DNA of 64,000 nucleotides from Candidatus Bathyarchaeota archaeon (GCA_018396995.1 JAGTQB010000007.1:10170-74169), one strand, 5' to 3'. Positions 34,405-44,841 are shown, counted from the first letter of the stretch. Notes: generated from the sequence alone by a model not told the origin. Numbers and translations: made by a program.

Positions 34405-35490
34405 TCAGCCGAGAATCTTCTCTAAGTCTACATGAGCCTTAACCAAATTTATGGCGGCACCTATTCTTCTAATATCTTTAGGTTTTATCCTACCAATTGT
34501 CCTCTGTATATATTGTAAGGTTGTATAGGTGTCGTATGGAACAAGTATTAATGGAACTTTAAGTTGGTCTGCTTTTGGAAAGACTTTAACGCTTGGATAG
34601 AGATTCCCAGTCAATATTATTGCTGATACACCGGTCTCAAGAGCTGTCAAAATTATGTCTGTTCTGTCGCCACCAGTTATCACAGCCTCATTTAAAGCTC
34701 TGCGAAAATACTTTGCTGCACTTTCGGGCGTCATAGCTCCTACAAGAATCTCTTCAATAAAGTTGTCTAAGCCATCTTTTCCGGCTAAGACTTTACCTCC
34801 AATGAAATCACATATCTCTCTGGCTGTCAGGGCCTTTAAGGTTCTATCTTCAGGGATTACTCCAAGCACATTGATCCCCTGCTTCTCAATAAACTGTTTA
34901 ATGATGCCCTTAAACCGCTCAACCTTATTGCTTGGAACTATATTAAGTATGACGCCGGAAAGCTTTGTCCCCCATTTTATGCATATATCCTGAGCCTGGA
35001 GAACTCTATCAACAATAAAATCATTTTCCGCCTTCTCAATTAATATCATATCAGCATTCAGTTCTTTCGCTATTCTTGGAGCTGGACACCCTATATAGGA
35101 GCCAGTTATAAAGCTGTGAGGGCTCTCAATTAATACAACATCACAATTTTCCGATATCTCTTTATAGGAACTCCTTATCTTTTCCATAAATAATTCAGAA
35201 TCTCCCCACATAAAATCTTCGAGGAATTCTTCTCCCCTAAGAAGGATGGGGCATATAAGATCTTCAGAATACCTCAATTTCAGTATTAGCTTCATTATTT
35301 CAACATCTTCATCATGAAGCTCTTTTCCATGAGTTAGTGAGCTGCTTACCCCTATAGGTTTGAAGTATCCTACCCTTAATCCCCTCTCCATTAGTATTGA
35401 TGCTAAGGCTAAGGCTATAGCGCTCTTGCCGGCCAGCTCCTCGGTGGAGACTAAATAAATCGACTTTTTAGCCATATTTCTTTCCCTCAC
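34405..35490 (-). CDS. Stand-alone Pta-N-terminal-like protein (DTBS/CobQ-like P-loop-fold domain + DRTGG domain)
   Basis: 361 aa. C-terminal GGDRTDIILTALETGVSAIILTGN is the DRTGG signature. The N-terminal IYLVSTEELAGKSAIALALA is a degenerate P-loop region, as in the regulatory N-domain of bacterial phosphotransacetylase. There is no PTA catalytic domain. Lies 23 nt downstream of ACD on the same strand. Confidence 0.7.
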   Translation of the reverse strand: MRERNMAKKSIYLVSTEELAGKSAIALALASILMERGLRVGYFKPIGVSSSLTHGKELHDEDVEIMKLILKLRYSEDLICPILLRGEEFLEDFMWGDSELFMEKIRSSYKEISENCDVVLIESPHSFITGSYIGCPAPRIAKELNADMILIEKAENDFIVDRVLQAQDICIKWGTKLSGVILNIVPSNKVERFKGIIKQFIEKQGINVLGVIPEDRTLKALTAREICDFIGGKVLAGKDGLDNFIEEILVGAMTPESAAKYFRRALNEAVITGGDRTDIILTALETGVSAIILTGNLYPSVKVFPKADQLKVPLILVPYDTYTTLQYIQRTIGRIKPKDIRRIGAAINLVKAHVDLEKILG

Positions 35491-35513
35491 ACTATAATAC
35501 TTTACAATAATGA

Positions 35514-37613
35514 CTATAACTTTATAATTATTCTTAAGTCAACTCCAAGGCATCCCTCACCACTCTCATAGACAAACAGTGGATTAATCTCTAACTCGGC
35601 TATATCTTCAAACTGCATCATTATCTGCGATACTTTAAGCATAACGTCAATTATGGAATTTATGTCTGAGGGCGGCTCACCCCTAACACCTCTAAGGAGA
35701 ACATACGTTTTAGTCTCTTCAATCATTCTGGAAGCTTCGGCCTTAGTTAATGGGCAGAGACGGTAAGAAACGTCCTTAAAGAAATCTACATAGATTCCGC
35801 CTAAGCCAAACATTATGAGTGGACCAAACTGCGGATCCCTGACGGCGCCCACAATAACTTCCTTTCCCCGCGGCGCCATCTTTTGCACAAGTACGCCTGA
35901 TATCCTTGCACGTGGCATAATTGTTCTTGCTCTTCTAATAAGGAGGTCATAATTTTCTTCTACCTCAACTCTACTTTTAACTCCGAGGATAACCCCGCCA
36001 ATATCTGTTTTGTGTATTATGTCTGGTGAAATTATCTTCATAGCTACTGGGTAACCAATTTCGTCGGCGAATATGCCAGCTTCCTCCCTACTCCTAGCAA
36101 TGGCAGCCTTTGGCATCGGTATCCCAGCTGCTTCAGCAACGAGCATAGTCTCATCCGCAGTGAGAACAGATCGCCCCTCCGATTTCACGCGCTGAATGAC
36201 CCTTAAAATTTTGTCCGCGTCCATATTTATCTTCGGAATTTCCTCTACAGTTGAAGAGCTAAGTATTAGGGTGTACTCATACATGGCCCTTAGCACGTGG
36301 GCCGCTTGCTCTGGAAATGCGTAATTCGGGATTCCACATCTCTTTAATGTCTTTATGACGGCTGAGCTCTCCTCAAATCCCATGAAGGAGGCGAGGATGG
36401 GTTTATTGGAAGATTTCCCAATATCAGCGAGAATTTCAGCAACCTTCTCTGAGGGAGTTACCGCCTGAGGTGTTAAAATAACTATCATTCCATCAACATT
36501 ATTGCTTTTTAAGCCTGCCTCGATCGCTAACCTATAACGTTTTTCATCAGCATCGCCCAAAATATCTATCGGATTGTTTAGGCTTGCATGAGGAGGTATA
36601 TCTCTGCGTAGTTCTTCTAAAATTTCGTGCTCAAGAAGCGGCAACTCCAAACCGAGTTTCTCGCATGCATCCGTGGCCAGTATGCCGGGCCCCCCTCCGT
36701 TTGTTACTATCAATACTCTTCTATCCTTGGGTAGTGGTTGGGAGCCAAAGGCCAACACGAGGTTAAATAATTCCTCCACTGTATTAGCCCTTATTATTCC
36801 AGCCTTCTTAAAGGCTGCTGAAAAGGCTGCTTCGGAGCCAGCCAGGGAACCCGTATGAGATGAAACAGCCTTCATGCCGGCGCTAGTTGTTCCAGCCTTC
36901 ACCGCGATTATAGGCTTTTTTCTAGAAACTCTTTTAGCAACTTCTATAAAGCGTGCACCCTCCTTCACTCCCTCAATATAGAGTCCAATAACCCTCGTAT
37001 TCTCATCCTCACCTAAAGCCTCTATAAAGTCAGCAGCGTTTAAGTCCGCCTCATTACCTAAGCTTACGAATTTTGTGAAGCCGATGTCGTTTCTAATCGC
37101 CCATCTCAGTATTGCGCTTCCAAGAGCCCCGCTCTGGGAGACGAACGCTATGTTGCCGGGTAAAGGCATTGCTGGCGCAAACGATGCATTCAATCGACCC
37201 TGAACATTTATTGTTCCCAAGCAGTTCGGACCCTGCATCCGCATGCGATATCTTCGGCATATATTGACGAGTTCCCGCTCTAACTGCGCCCCCTCCCTGC
37301 CAGTCTCTCCGAAGCCAGCGGAGATAACTATTACGCCCTTAACACCCCTAACGCCGCAATCCTCCAAAACCGACGGCACAATTCTAGCTGGGACGATGAT
37401 TATGGCGAGATCAATCTCGCCTGGAATATCTACAACGCTCTTATAGCATTTAAGCCCCAGTATTTCATCAGCATTTGGATTTACTGGATAAATAGCTCCA
37501 CTGAACCCTCCTTCAATGATATTCTTGACTATTTTATGTCCAATTTTAGAAGGATCCCTACTTGCACCAACCACTGCGATTGCCCTTGGATTAAAAAAGG
37601 CATCGAGTTTCAT
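35514..37613 (-). CDS. acd: ADP-forming acetyl-CoA synthetase (ACD), fused alpha-beta form
   Basis: 699 aa. FNPRAIAVVGAS, the phosphohistidine loop SSHTGSLAGS and a C-terminal ATP-grasp domain. Paralog of the N-terminal part of 20263-22941 but without GNAT. Confidence 0.9.
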   Translation of the reverse strand: MKLDAFFNPRAIAVVGASRDPSKIGHKIVKNIIEGGFSGAIYPVNPNADEILGLKCYKSVVDIPGEIDLAIIIVPARIVPSVLEDCGVRGVKGVIVISAGFGETGREGAQLERELVNICRRYRMRMQGPNCLGTINVQGRLNASFAPAMPLPGNIAFVSQSGALGSAILRWAIRNDIGFTKFVSLGNEADLNAADFIEALGEDENTRVIGLYIEGVKEGARFIEVAKRVSRKKPIIAVKAGTTSAGMKAVSSHTGSLAGSEAAFSAAFKKAGIIRANTVEELFNLVLAFGSQPLPKDRRVLIVTNGGGPGILATDACEKLGLELPLLEHEILEELRRDIPPHASLNNPIDILGDADEKRYRLAIEAGLKSNNVDGMIVILTPQAVTPSEKVAEILADIGKSSNKPILASFMGFEESSAVIKTLKRCGIPNYAFPEQAAHVLRAMYEYTLILSSSTVEEIPKINMDADKILRVIQRVKSEGRSVLTADETMLVAEAAGIPMPKAAIARSREEAGIFADEIGYPVAMKIISPDIIHKTDIGGVILGVKSRVEVEENYDLLIRRARTIMPRARISGVLVQKMAPRGKEVIVGAVRDPQFGPLIMFGLGGIYVDFFKDVSYRLCPLTKAEASRMIEETKTYVLLRGVRGEPPSDINSIIDVMLKVSQIMMQFEDIAELEINPLFVYESGEGCLGVDLRIIIKL

Positions 37614-37742
37614 GTGTCTCCATTATTACTTTTTGCTTTTACTATAGTCATGGAGTATTTAAGCGTTACACCGCACGTAATCATCTTATATGCCCTCGCA
37701 CATTTACTACTTTAAAGGTAACCTCTCCGAGGGGTCCTTAGC

Positions 37743-39626
37743 ATGCTTATGGGGGAGAAGCTGCGTAACAGGTCATATGATGATAAGAAGATGAGCTTGA
37801 AGGAAGCCCTGAAATATATAAAGCCTGGAGACCACATTTTTATAGGCTCTGCTTGTGGCGAGCCGCAGTATTTAGTTAAGGGTTTAGTTGAGAGGGCGGA
37901 CCACCTAGCTGACAATGAGATACTTCATGTACATACCCTTGGAGTTGCACCCTACATTAAGCCCAGATACTCAGAGAGGTTCCGGATGAACGCCTTTTTC
38001 GTTGGAATCAACACTCGTAGGGCTGTGGCTGAGGGCAGGGCTGATTATACGCCAACATTTTTATCTGACCTGCCATACCTGATAAGAAACGGAGTTATCC
38101 AGATAGATGTTGCACTTATACAGGTTACGCCGCCGGATGAGCATGGCTTCTGTAGCCTAGGGGTTTCAGTGGATGTTACAAAGACGGCTGCCGAGAAAGC
38201 TAAGCTAGTCATCGCTCAGGTTAACAAGAAGATGCCGAGGGTTTTAGGCGACAGCTTTATACACGTAAAAGATATAGACATAGTCGTTGAGCATACTGAA
38301 CCAATACTTGAATTGCCGCGCTCTGAGCCTGACATAGTTTCAGAGCGTATTGCAAAATATGTTTCAGATCTGGTAGAGGACGAGTCGACACTGCAGATAG
38401 GCATAGGCAGTATACCAGACGCCATCCTAAATTATTTGATGGATAAAAAGGATCTTGGAATACATACTGAGCTCCTCACTGAGGGAGTTGTGGAGCTTGT
38501 TGAGGAGGGTGTGGTGACATGCGCTAAGAAGACGATAAATAGGGGTAAAATAATCGCGTCTTTTGCAATGGGAACTCGCAGGCTATATGATTTCATAGAT
38601 AATAATCCAATGGTTGAATTTTATCCATCAGATTATGTGAATAACCCGTTTATAATTGCCCAGCATGATAAGATGGTTGCAATAAATCAAGCACTTGAGG
38701 TGGATTTGACCGGTCAGGTGTGCTCGGACTCTCTCGGTTATAAGTTTTATAGTGGATTAGGAGGGCAAGCCGATTTCATGAGGGGTGCACGTCTCTCAAG
38801 GGGTGGGAAGGCGATAATCGTTATGCCCTCGACGGCTAAGGATGGAAGAATCTCGCGCATAAAAGGGTTCTTAACAAGGGGTGCTGGCGTCGTGTTAACT
38901 AGAGGTGACGTTGATTACGTTGTTACAGAGTATGGTGTAGCCTATCTTAGGGGCAAAACTATTAGGGAGAGGGCTCTGGCACTAATGAGCATAGCTCACC
39001 CGAGGTTTAAGAATAAGCTCCTTGAGTGGGCGAAAAAGCATAATTACGTCCCAAAGGAGATTATGCCCTTCCCAGAAGTTGAGTATCCGGAGGAGTTAAA
39101 GCAATATATTACTTTAGAGGATGGATCGAGGGTTCTACTTAGGCCAATAAAGCCTTCCGATGCAACTTTAAAGCAGCATTTCTTCTATGCTCTCTCTAAG
39201 GAAAGTGTCAGAAAGAGGTTTCTCGGTTCATTGGACATAATGCCTCTTAAGAGGATATGGCCTTATGTTATTATAGATTATGTTAATGAGATGAGCATTG
39301 TTGGTGTAGTATCAGAGAATGGCAATGAAGTTATGGTGGCTATAGGGAGTTATTCACGTATACCTGGAACTGATAAAGCGGAGGTTGCATTGGTTGTTAG
39401 GGATGACTGGCAAGATAAGGGTTTAGGGACGGCTTTATTTAATTGCCTAGCGGAGATAGCGAGATCCCGTGGGATAAAGACTTTTATAGCATGGGTTTCA
39501 ATCGATAACACTAAAATGATACATATACTTAAGAAATCTAAGTACCCGTCAAAGTATAGAGTTGACGGAAACCTCTTCTACATAGAGCTGGATCTCACAA
39601 AAATCCAGGAAAAAAGGAATAACTAA
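37743..39626 (+). CDS. Acetyl-CoA hydrolase/transferase-family (4-hydroxybutyrate CoA-transferase-like) enzyme fused to a C-terminal Pat-type GNAT domain
   Basis: 627 aa. The N-terminal ~450 aa carry CoA-transferase family marks (GSACGEPQ, SGLGGQADFMRGA). The last ~166 aa (approx. 39126-39623) are GNAT with motif A DDWQDKGLGT. This GNAT is collinear without gaps with the GNAT of 20263-22941. Confidence 0.8.
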   Translation: MLMGEKLRNRSYDDKKMSLKEALKYIKPGDHIFIGSACGEPQYLVKGLVERADHLADNEILHVHTLGVAPYIKPRYSERFRMNAFFVGINTRRAVAEGRADYTPTFLSDLPYLIRNGVIQIDVALIQVTPPDEHGFCSLGVSVDVTKTAAEKAKLVIAQVNKKMPRVLGDSFIHVKDIDIVVEHTEPILELPRSEPDIVSERIAKYVSDLVEDESTLQIGIGSIPDAILNYLMDKKDLGIHTELLTEGVVELVEEGVVTCAKKTINRGKIIASFAMGTRRLYDFIDNNPMVEFYPSDYVNNPFIIAQHDKMVAINQALEVDLTGQVCSDSLGYKFYSGLGGQADFMRGARLSRGGKAIIVMPSTAKDGRISRIKGFLTRGAGVVLTRGDVDYVVTEYGVAYLRGKTIRERALALMSIAHPRFKNKLLEWAKKHNYVPKEIMPFPEVEYPEELKQYITLEDGSRVLLRPIKPSDATLKQHFFYALSKESVRKRFLGSLDIMPLKRIWPYVIIDYVNEMSIVGVVSENGNEVMVAIGSYSRIPGTDKAEVALVVRDDWQDKGLGTALFNCLAEIARSRGIKTFIAWVSIDNTKMIHILKKSKYPSKYRVDGNLFYIELDLTKIQEKRNN

Positions 39627-39635
39627 ATCCGGGTT

Positions 39636-40235
39636 CTATTTTCCTTTAAATGCTTCCAGTATCCTCTCTTTAACGGTGTTAAAGTGCTCCGGTAGGTTTT
39701 CCGGAGGTAAACCTCTGGCCAAGTATTCTGAAAAGTGTTTTGTGTATTTCTCTTTGTTTGTTGAAGCCAGTAGCTCAGCATATTTTGCTATGTGTTCACC
39801 GCATATCCTAGTTTCATCGGGAAGGATTGATTCGTCATGTGGTATCTCAACACCAGCATCCACAAAGCCCTTCATGGCCGCGAAGACGGCTGCACCCCTT
39901 GAGGGCGTATGTAAGCCTATGTCTAGAATTGCCTTCTCGATACCTTTAGCGGCAGCCCTTAATCCACAGAGCAATCCGACTAAATATGCGGCTGGGAGAT
40001 TATTTAGACTTCCAAGCCAACCAAACTTCTTTCTAAGCTCATGGGAGTGCGCTGAAGCTATAACAACATCGCCTATAACTGTAGCCATAATGACCTGAGC
40101 AATAAAGTTTCTATTAGTCTTCCTGACAACCAGCCTGGGGAGCTTAGATATTATGAGTTTCTTTCTAAGCCTATAGTCTGTTTTCCCTTCCCTTCTTCTC
40201 CTATATGGGACAGTGTACCCCGGACCCTTAGCCAC
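39636..40235 (-). CDS. rpl18: Ribosomal protein uL18 (L18P/L5e)
   Basis: 199 aa. N-terminus [12 protein letters not shown], and position after L19e. Confidence 0.93.
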   Translation of the reverse strand: MAKGPGYTVPYRRRREGKTDYRLRKKLIISKLPRLVVRKTNRNFIAQVIMATVIGDVVIASAHSHELRKKFGWLGSLNNLPAAYLVGLLCGLRAAAKGIEKAILDIGLHTPSRGAAVFAAMKGFVDAGVEIPHDESILPDETRICGEHIAKYAELLASTNKEKYTKHFSEYLARGLPPENLPEHFNTVKERILEAFKGK

Positions 40236-40687
40236 TAGCGTTTCCTCCTTAAACCATGCGCTTCAATATATTGATGTAGATCCGCAATTGACTTGAATAC
40301 ACCAGCTTTAGCTTTAAGGTAAAGATGTCTATAGGTTCTAACAGTTATTATACGCTTCTCCTTAAGCTCGCGAAGTCTCCTCCTCAGAGCCCTTATCCTC
40401 TCAACCCACTCCTTAAGGTGATCAATTCTGGCGCCCGATGCACCACTCCTACTTCCAATGCCCCTGCGCCTGCCTCTCCTCTTTTTCTCATGCAGTATTC
40501 TTGCGCGCGCCCTACTCACGCCTTGATCCTTAATCTTCCTTATAACGCCCTCCTTAATCAACCTCTTAATATCCTCCCGCGTTATTGCGTTCTCTACCTC
40601 CTCGATTCTCTCAGGATCTATCCAAACCCTCTCCTCACCAACGCCTAATATTTCCGCAGCCATTCTACGCTGACTCCTTAAACTCAT
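40235..40687 (-). CDS. rpl19e: Ribosomal protein eL19 (L19e)
   Basis: 150 aa. [15 protein letters not shown]... and a basic C-terminal half. Confidence 0.93.
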   Translation of the reverse strand: MSLRSQRRMAAEILGVGEERVWIDPERIEEVENAITREDIKRLIKEGVIRKIKDQGVSRARARILHEKKRRGRRRGIGSRSGASGARIDHLKEWVERIRALRRRLRELKEKRIITVRTYRHLYLKAKAGVFKSIADLHQYIEAHGLRRKR

Positions 40688-40709
40688 AACGGCGCCCCCA
40701 TTATGTAAG

Positions 40710-41111
40710 CTATGCCGAGGCGTTTAAAACATGTATTCCCAGCTCCCTAGCCCTATTAAGTATCTCCGCCCTCTTCTTAGCGCCGACGGTATGGGCTATT
40801 CTTATGGCCTCCATTTTTGGGTTAACGCGGTCCAGATCATAGACGTTATAGACTATGACCTCGCGGTATGCTGTTGGGTGGAGTCCCCTAGCCTCCTTTG
40901 GCCCCCTATAGCCAACCTTTACTCTGGCTGGCCAGCCCTTAACCTCCTTCCGCATCTTGCTATCTATCCCTCTTGGTCTCCTCCAGCTCTCGTCCACGCG
41001 GTCGTAGCGCCAGCTCTCTTGCCTAACAAAGTCTGGCTTCTTCTCCTTAACTTTCCTTCTCAGCTTAATAGCCTTCTTAGCCTCTTCTAAAACCTTATTC
41101 TCGACGCTCAA
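40710..41111 (-). CDS. rpl32e: Ribosomal protein eL32 (L32e)
   Basis: 133 aa. FVRQESWRY...WRRPRGIDSKMR motif. Confidence 0.92.
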   Translation of the reverse strand: MSVENKVLEEAKKAIKLRRKVKEKKPDFVRQESWRYDRVDESWRRPRGIDSKMRKEVKGWPARVKVGYRGPKEARGLHPTAYREVIVYNVYDLDRVNPKMEAIRIAHTVGAKKRAEILNRARELGIHVLNASA

Positions 41112-41683
41112 CTGACTAGCCCCTCCACCTTCTCATAAATATATATTCCATCTAAGAACCTGCGGGGATCCCTCTCCTTTATTTTAGTGGCCTGCTCTAT
41201 GTTTGCTGCTGTCTGGCTAACATCCTCTAAATTTATTCCCTGCACTATTACGTCATCCCCCTTAACAGTGACTTTAGTGTTACCGACTATTCTCGCAGTC
41301 CTCGGGGTCCTTTCGCCCATAAAATTCTCTATGAAGACTTTATCCCCGCTAACCTTGACCGATATTGGGAAATGCGCATAAACGATTTTAAGTTTATATG
41401 TAAAGCCCTTCGTCACACCTCTAATCATATTCCTAATGTGCGCTGCAACAGTCCCTACGTGCGATTTCTCCCTTTTCTTAGGCTTAACGGCATATACTAC
41501 AACGTTATCCCCTAAAACCTCTATTGAGACTGGATTATTCGAGAAATCTCTTACTATTTTTCCCAGCGGACCTATAACTTCCACTACTTTACCGTTTAGG
41601 TTAACTCTTACTCCCTCTGGTATCCTAACCTCTTTCTTCTCGACTTTAATGACCTCGCAGAGCTGCTCTAGCGCCTCTAACAT
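41108..41683 (-). CDS. rpl6: Ribosomal protein uL6
   Basis: 191 aa. Duplicated L6 fold pattern and operon position. 4-nt overlap with rpl32e. Confidence 0.9.
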   Translation of the reverse strand: MLEALEQLCEVIKVEKKEVRIPEGVRVNLNGKVVEVIGPLGKIVRDFSNNPVSIEVLGDNVVVYAVKPKKREKSHVGTVAAHIRNMIRGVTKGFTYKLKIVYAHFPISVKVSGDKVFIENFMGERTPRTARIVGNTKVTVKGDDVIVQGINLEDVSQTAANIEQATKIKERDPRRFLDGIYIYEKVEGLVS

Positions 41684-41694
41684 TCATACCACCG

Positions 41695-42084
41695 CTAATA
41701 AACATATGCTAGGAGTTTTCCCCCAATCCCCCTCTTTTTAGCCTCAATATGTGACATAACCCCTTGAGAGGTTGTAATTATGAGTATACCCATATCCCTC
41801 GCGGGTAAAAACGTTTTTTCCCACTTCTCAATATCCTTAGCCTTAACTGAGTATCTGGGCCTTATGGCTCCGCACTTATTTATCCTACCGAGGAGCTGAA
41901 CCCTAAACTTACCCGTCCTACCGTCATCAATAAACTCGAATTCGCCAATATAGCCGTGCATTTGCATAACCCTCAGCACATTGCCAAGCAGCTTTGACGC
42001 TGGCATTATATAACACTCCTTCTTCCTCCTCATTTCATCATTACATATCGTTGTTAAACCGTTTGCAAGAGTATCTAAGTTCAT
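41695..42084 (-). CDS. rps8: Ribosomal protein uS8
   Basis: 129 aa. [12 protein letters not shown]... and the C-terminal GGKLLAYVY are typical of S8. Confidence 0.93.
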   Translation of the reverse strand: MNLDTLANGLTTICNDEMRRKKECYIMPASKLLGNVLRVMQMHGYIGEFEFIDDGRTGKFRVQLLGRINKCGAIRPRYSVKAKDIEKWEKTFLPARDMGILIITTSQGVMSHIEAKKRGIGGKLLAYVY

Positions 42085-42095
42085 TTTTAATCACC

Positions 42096-42263
42096 TCAAT
42101 TATACTTCTTGAAGCCGAGCTTTTCAGCAACTTCTCTAAAGCACTGTCGACATAGCATTAATCCATATCTCCTTATTATTGGGCCGTATGAGCCGCATCT
42201 TCTACAGGGTCTACTACCCTTACCAAATTTTCTCTCTTTCCTCTGTTGGCTCTTTTCGCTCAA
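42096..42263 (-). CDS. rps14: Ribosomal protein uS14 (zinc-binding type Z), TTG start; absent from the ORF track
   Basis: Hand translation of the minus strand gives (TTG)[55 protein letters not shown], then TGA at 42096-42098. CxxC...CxxC zinc motif. Starts 12 nt after the rpl5 stop and sits between L5 and S8 as expected. Confidence 0.85.
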   Translation of the reverse strand: MSEKSQQRKERKFGKGSRPCRRCGSYGPIIRRYGLMLCRQCFREVAEKLGFKKYN

Positions 42264-42275
42264 CCCCCACCACCA

Positions 42276-42869
42276 CTACTTCTTCCTACGCTTCTTCTCC
42301 CTCTTCTCCTCAGTTATCTCAACACCAAACTCATGAATCATATATGCCATCGCTTCCTCAGCCATCAACCTATGAGCCTTACCAACCCTAGATCTTGCAC
42401 GCCTCCTATATTTAACTCTATAGCCAGGTCTCGCTAAAGAAACACATATGTCCATGCCGATGATGCCCAGTTCCGGAGAATATTTTGTTCCCGGTATGTC
42501 GATATGCTCCTCTATCCCAAAGGAGAAATTCCCATAATTATCGAATGAGCTGGCTGGAATCTTGTTACCAACGGCGTCCAGCGCCTTCTTCAAGAACTCT
42601 ATGGCCCTCCCACCCCTAAGCGTGACTACACATGCAATTGGCTCATTTCGCCTTATACCAAAATCCCTTATCGTCTTTTTAGCCCTTCTATAACATGGCT
42701 TCTGACCAGTTAGCTCCTCAATTATCTTCATGGCCTTCTCTAGGGGCTCACCTGACTTGCCGACACAACAGTTAACAACAACCTTCTCTATCTTCGGCTT
42801 AAGCATAGGGTTCTCCTGCCACTTAATCTTAAAACTCTCAATTAAGTTAGCTGATAGCGTGCTATACAC
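42276..42869 (-). CDS. rpl5: Ribosomal protein uL5
   Basis: 197 aa. NPMLKPKIEKVVVN... and the L5 core. The true start may be internal. Confidence 0.92.
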   Translation of the reverse strand: MYSTLSANLIESFKIKWQENPMLKPKIEKVVVNCCVGKSGEPLEKAMKIIEELTGQKPCYRRAKKTIRDFGIRRNEPIACVVTLRGGRAIEFLKKALDAVGNKIPASSFDNYGNFSFGIEEHIDIPGTKYSPELGIIGMDICVSLARPGYRVKYRRRARSRVGKAHRLMAEEAMAYMIHEFGVEITEEKREKKRRKK

Positions 42870-42871
42870 CC

Positions 42872-43630
42872 TTAACCACCCCTCGGCAAAGAGATTCTAG
42901 GCGCCTTATCGCCTACAACAAACACGTAATCTAGGATTGTCTGGTAAGAATTTCCGTTCTCATCTTCTATTGTCACTAGACATCTACGTCTCTTCTGCCC
43001 ACTAATTAGGTCAATGCTCTTAATAAGACCATATTTACCGAGGTTCTCCCCATCAACTATGAGTGCCGTCATGCCAACATCGAGTTTAAGGTGTTCAATA
43101 ATCCCCTGGTCTGGCAAGCTTATCCTTAATGCATCTAGGGTGCGATACTCCTCCCCAATGGGCTTCTTCGGGTCCTCACACCTAACAAATATATTTCTTC
43201 CGTCATGCAGGTTGAGCTGAAGGTGTCCTCCCGGAAGCGTAGTCTTATTCTCAATTCTACAGATCTTATATTTTATCTCCTCACCACTAATCTCAAATAA
43301 TGCTAAGCCCTTACCGTGTGGGAGGACTCTCCAACTCTTATTAAGCTCCGGGATGGAGAGAACATCCATTAATCCAACAGGGAAGTGTATGTCGCGCCTA
43401 ACCCTCCAATCTACAAGAACTTTGCCTTGAGCAACAATCTTTTTCGCCTCCCTCATGGTTTCAGCATAGCCCAGAAGGTCCCTAATAATTATTCCAAGCG
43501 GTATGCACCGATCAATCGGGTGTGGTCCGGGATCTGGCTTAAGGGTCCAGATATACTTCTTCCTATGTATTGGCCAGAATACTGGAGTTGCCTCTCGCCT
43601 TAAGTGTCTCTTTCCGCCCATACTCCCCAT
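42872..43630 (-). CDS. rps4e: Ribosomal protein eS4 (S4e)
   Basis: 252 aa. GGKRHLRR...WPI N-terminus with S4 and KOW-like regions. Confidence 0.93.
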   Translation of the reverse strand: MGSMGGKRHLRREATPVFWPIHRKKYIWTLKPDPGPHPIDRCIPLGIIIRDLLGYAETMREAKKIVAQGKVLVDWRVRRDIHFPVGLMDVLSIPELNKSWRVLPHGKGLALFEISGEEIKYKICRIENKTTLPGGHLQLNLHDGRNIFVRCEDPKKPIGEEYRTLDALRISLPDQGIIEHLKLDVGMTALIVDGENLGKYGLIKSIDLISGQKRRRCLVTIEDENGNSYQTILDYVFVVGDKAPRISLPRGG

Positions 43631-43633
43631 ACC

Positions 43634-44068
43634 CTAACTCCCCCCAATATTGGGAGTTATCTCCGCTCTCTCCTCAGCTTCCTTCAGCTTCTCGCCCACC
43701 CCCCTCCTCTCCAAAATCTCTTTCCTATACTTGTCATCTAAGTTTAACTTTATAATCTCGACATTGGAAGGGTGTATTGGTACGAGTACCGTTGTTCCAT
43801 CAACCTTTTGCCTAGTTACTCCCTCAACATAAATGCGATTCTTCTTCCTATTAACCCTCAAAACCTTCCCTTCAACTCCCCTGTAATCGCCCCTCATAAT
43901 CCTTACAACATCACCAGTCCTTATCGGGAGCGACCTAGTTCCATAAGTTTTATGGAGCTCATCTGATAAATGTGCTGACATTATTTTCCCACGTAGGTGG
44001 TATGGGGCGTTATATAACATCTTCCTCTGTTTGCTTGGCTTAGCTGATGTGCTTTTAGTCATGGACAT
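43634..44068 (-). CDS. rpl24: Ribosomal protein uL24 (KOW domain)
   Basis: 144 aa. KOW motif [18 protein letters not shown]. Confidence 0.92.
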   Translation of the reverse strand: MSMTKSTSAKPSKQRKMLYNAPYHLRGKIMSAHLSDELHKTYGTRSLPIRTGDVVRIMRGDYRGVEGKVLRVNRKKNRIYVEGVTRQKVDGTTVLVPIHPSNVEIIKLNLDDKYRKEILERRGVGEKLKEAEERAEITPNIGGS

Positions 44069-44072
44069 CCCC

Positions 44073-44513
44073 CTATATTATTATGCTCGCCGCGCTAGCT
44101 ATTCTCGGCCACCTCTCAGCAGCCTCCCTGGCGACAGGGCCGTGTATTTCTGAGCCGCGCATCTCGCCCTCAGGCGTTATTATAACGGCGGCGTTATCTT
44201 CAAATTGAATCCATATTCCCTCTGGCCGCCTGTATGGCTTCCTCTGTCTAACGATGACCGCGTGGAAAAGTTTTTTCCTCATGTCGGGTGCCCCCTTTCT
44301 AACTGATACAACTACTAGGTCGCCGACAGCCGCCATCGGGTTCCTTCTGCGCCTACCCTTATACCCAACTACTTGAACAACCCTCAGCTCCTTAGCCCCA
44401 GAATTATCTGTACACTTAATTATTGAGCCGACGTTTATCCCCCTACTTACCCTAACCCTCGGCTTTCCAACGCCCTTAGCCTGCAACCCCCTTGTCTTAG
44501 CCTTAGCCGCCAC
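44073..44513 (-). CDS. rpl14: Ribosomal protein uL14
   Basis: 146 aa. [10 protein letters not shown] and the L14 core. Confidence 0.93.
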   Translation of the reverse strand: MAAKAKTRGLQAKGVGKPRVRVSRGINVGSIIKCTDNSGAKELRVVQVVGYKGRRRRNPMAAVGDLVVVSVRKGAPDMRKKLFHAVIVRQRKPYRRPEGIWIQFEDNAAVIITPEGEMRGSEIHGPVAREAAERWPRIASAASIII

Positions 44514-44514
44514 T

Positions 44515-44841
44515 TCACGATACCCCCTTCCTACCTATTTTCTCCACTACAACGAAGGCTACCGTCTTACTTATCGGCCTGCACTCGGCTATCCTAACGA
44601 TGTCGCCCTCAGTTGCATTTATGCATGGCGGGTTATGGGCTGGTATTCTACTATGCCTTCGCTCATAGCGCTGGAATTTAGGCACATAATAAATATAGTC
44701 ACGCCTAACAATAACAGTCTTCTGCATCTTGGCACTCACAACGACACCCTCAATTATCCTACCCCTAATTTTTATGGATCCATGAAAGGGGCAATATTCA
44801 TCATTACATATTTTCTCAGGCGGCTTAATATTATATGACAC
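44515..44841 (-). CDS. rps17: Ribosomal protein uS17
   Basis: 108 aa. [12 protein letters not shown]-terminus and an OB fold. Confidence 0.92.
   Translation of the reverse strand: MSYNIKPPEKICNDEYCPFHGSIKIRGRIIEGVVVSAKMQKTVIVRRDYIYYVPKFQRYERRHSRIPAHNPPCINATEGDIVRIAECRPISKTVAFVVVEKIGRKGVS

Noticed and set aside
42109-42437. Three overlapping + strand ORFs (63-75 aa)
   Set aside because: They lie opposite the hand-identified rps14 and the 3' end of rpl5. Their translations are Pro/Ser/Leu low-complexity. The minus-strand S14 explains the region.
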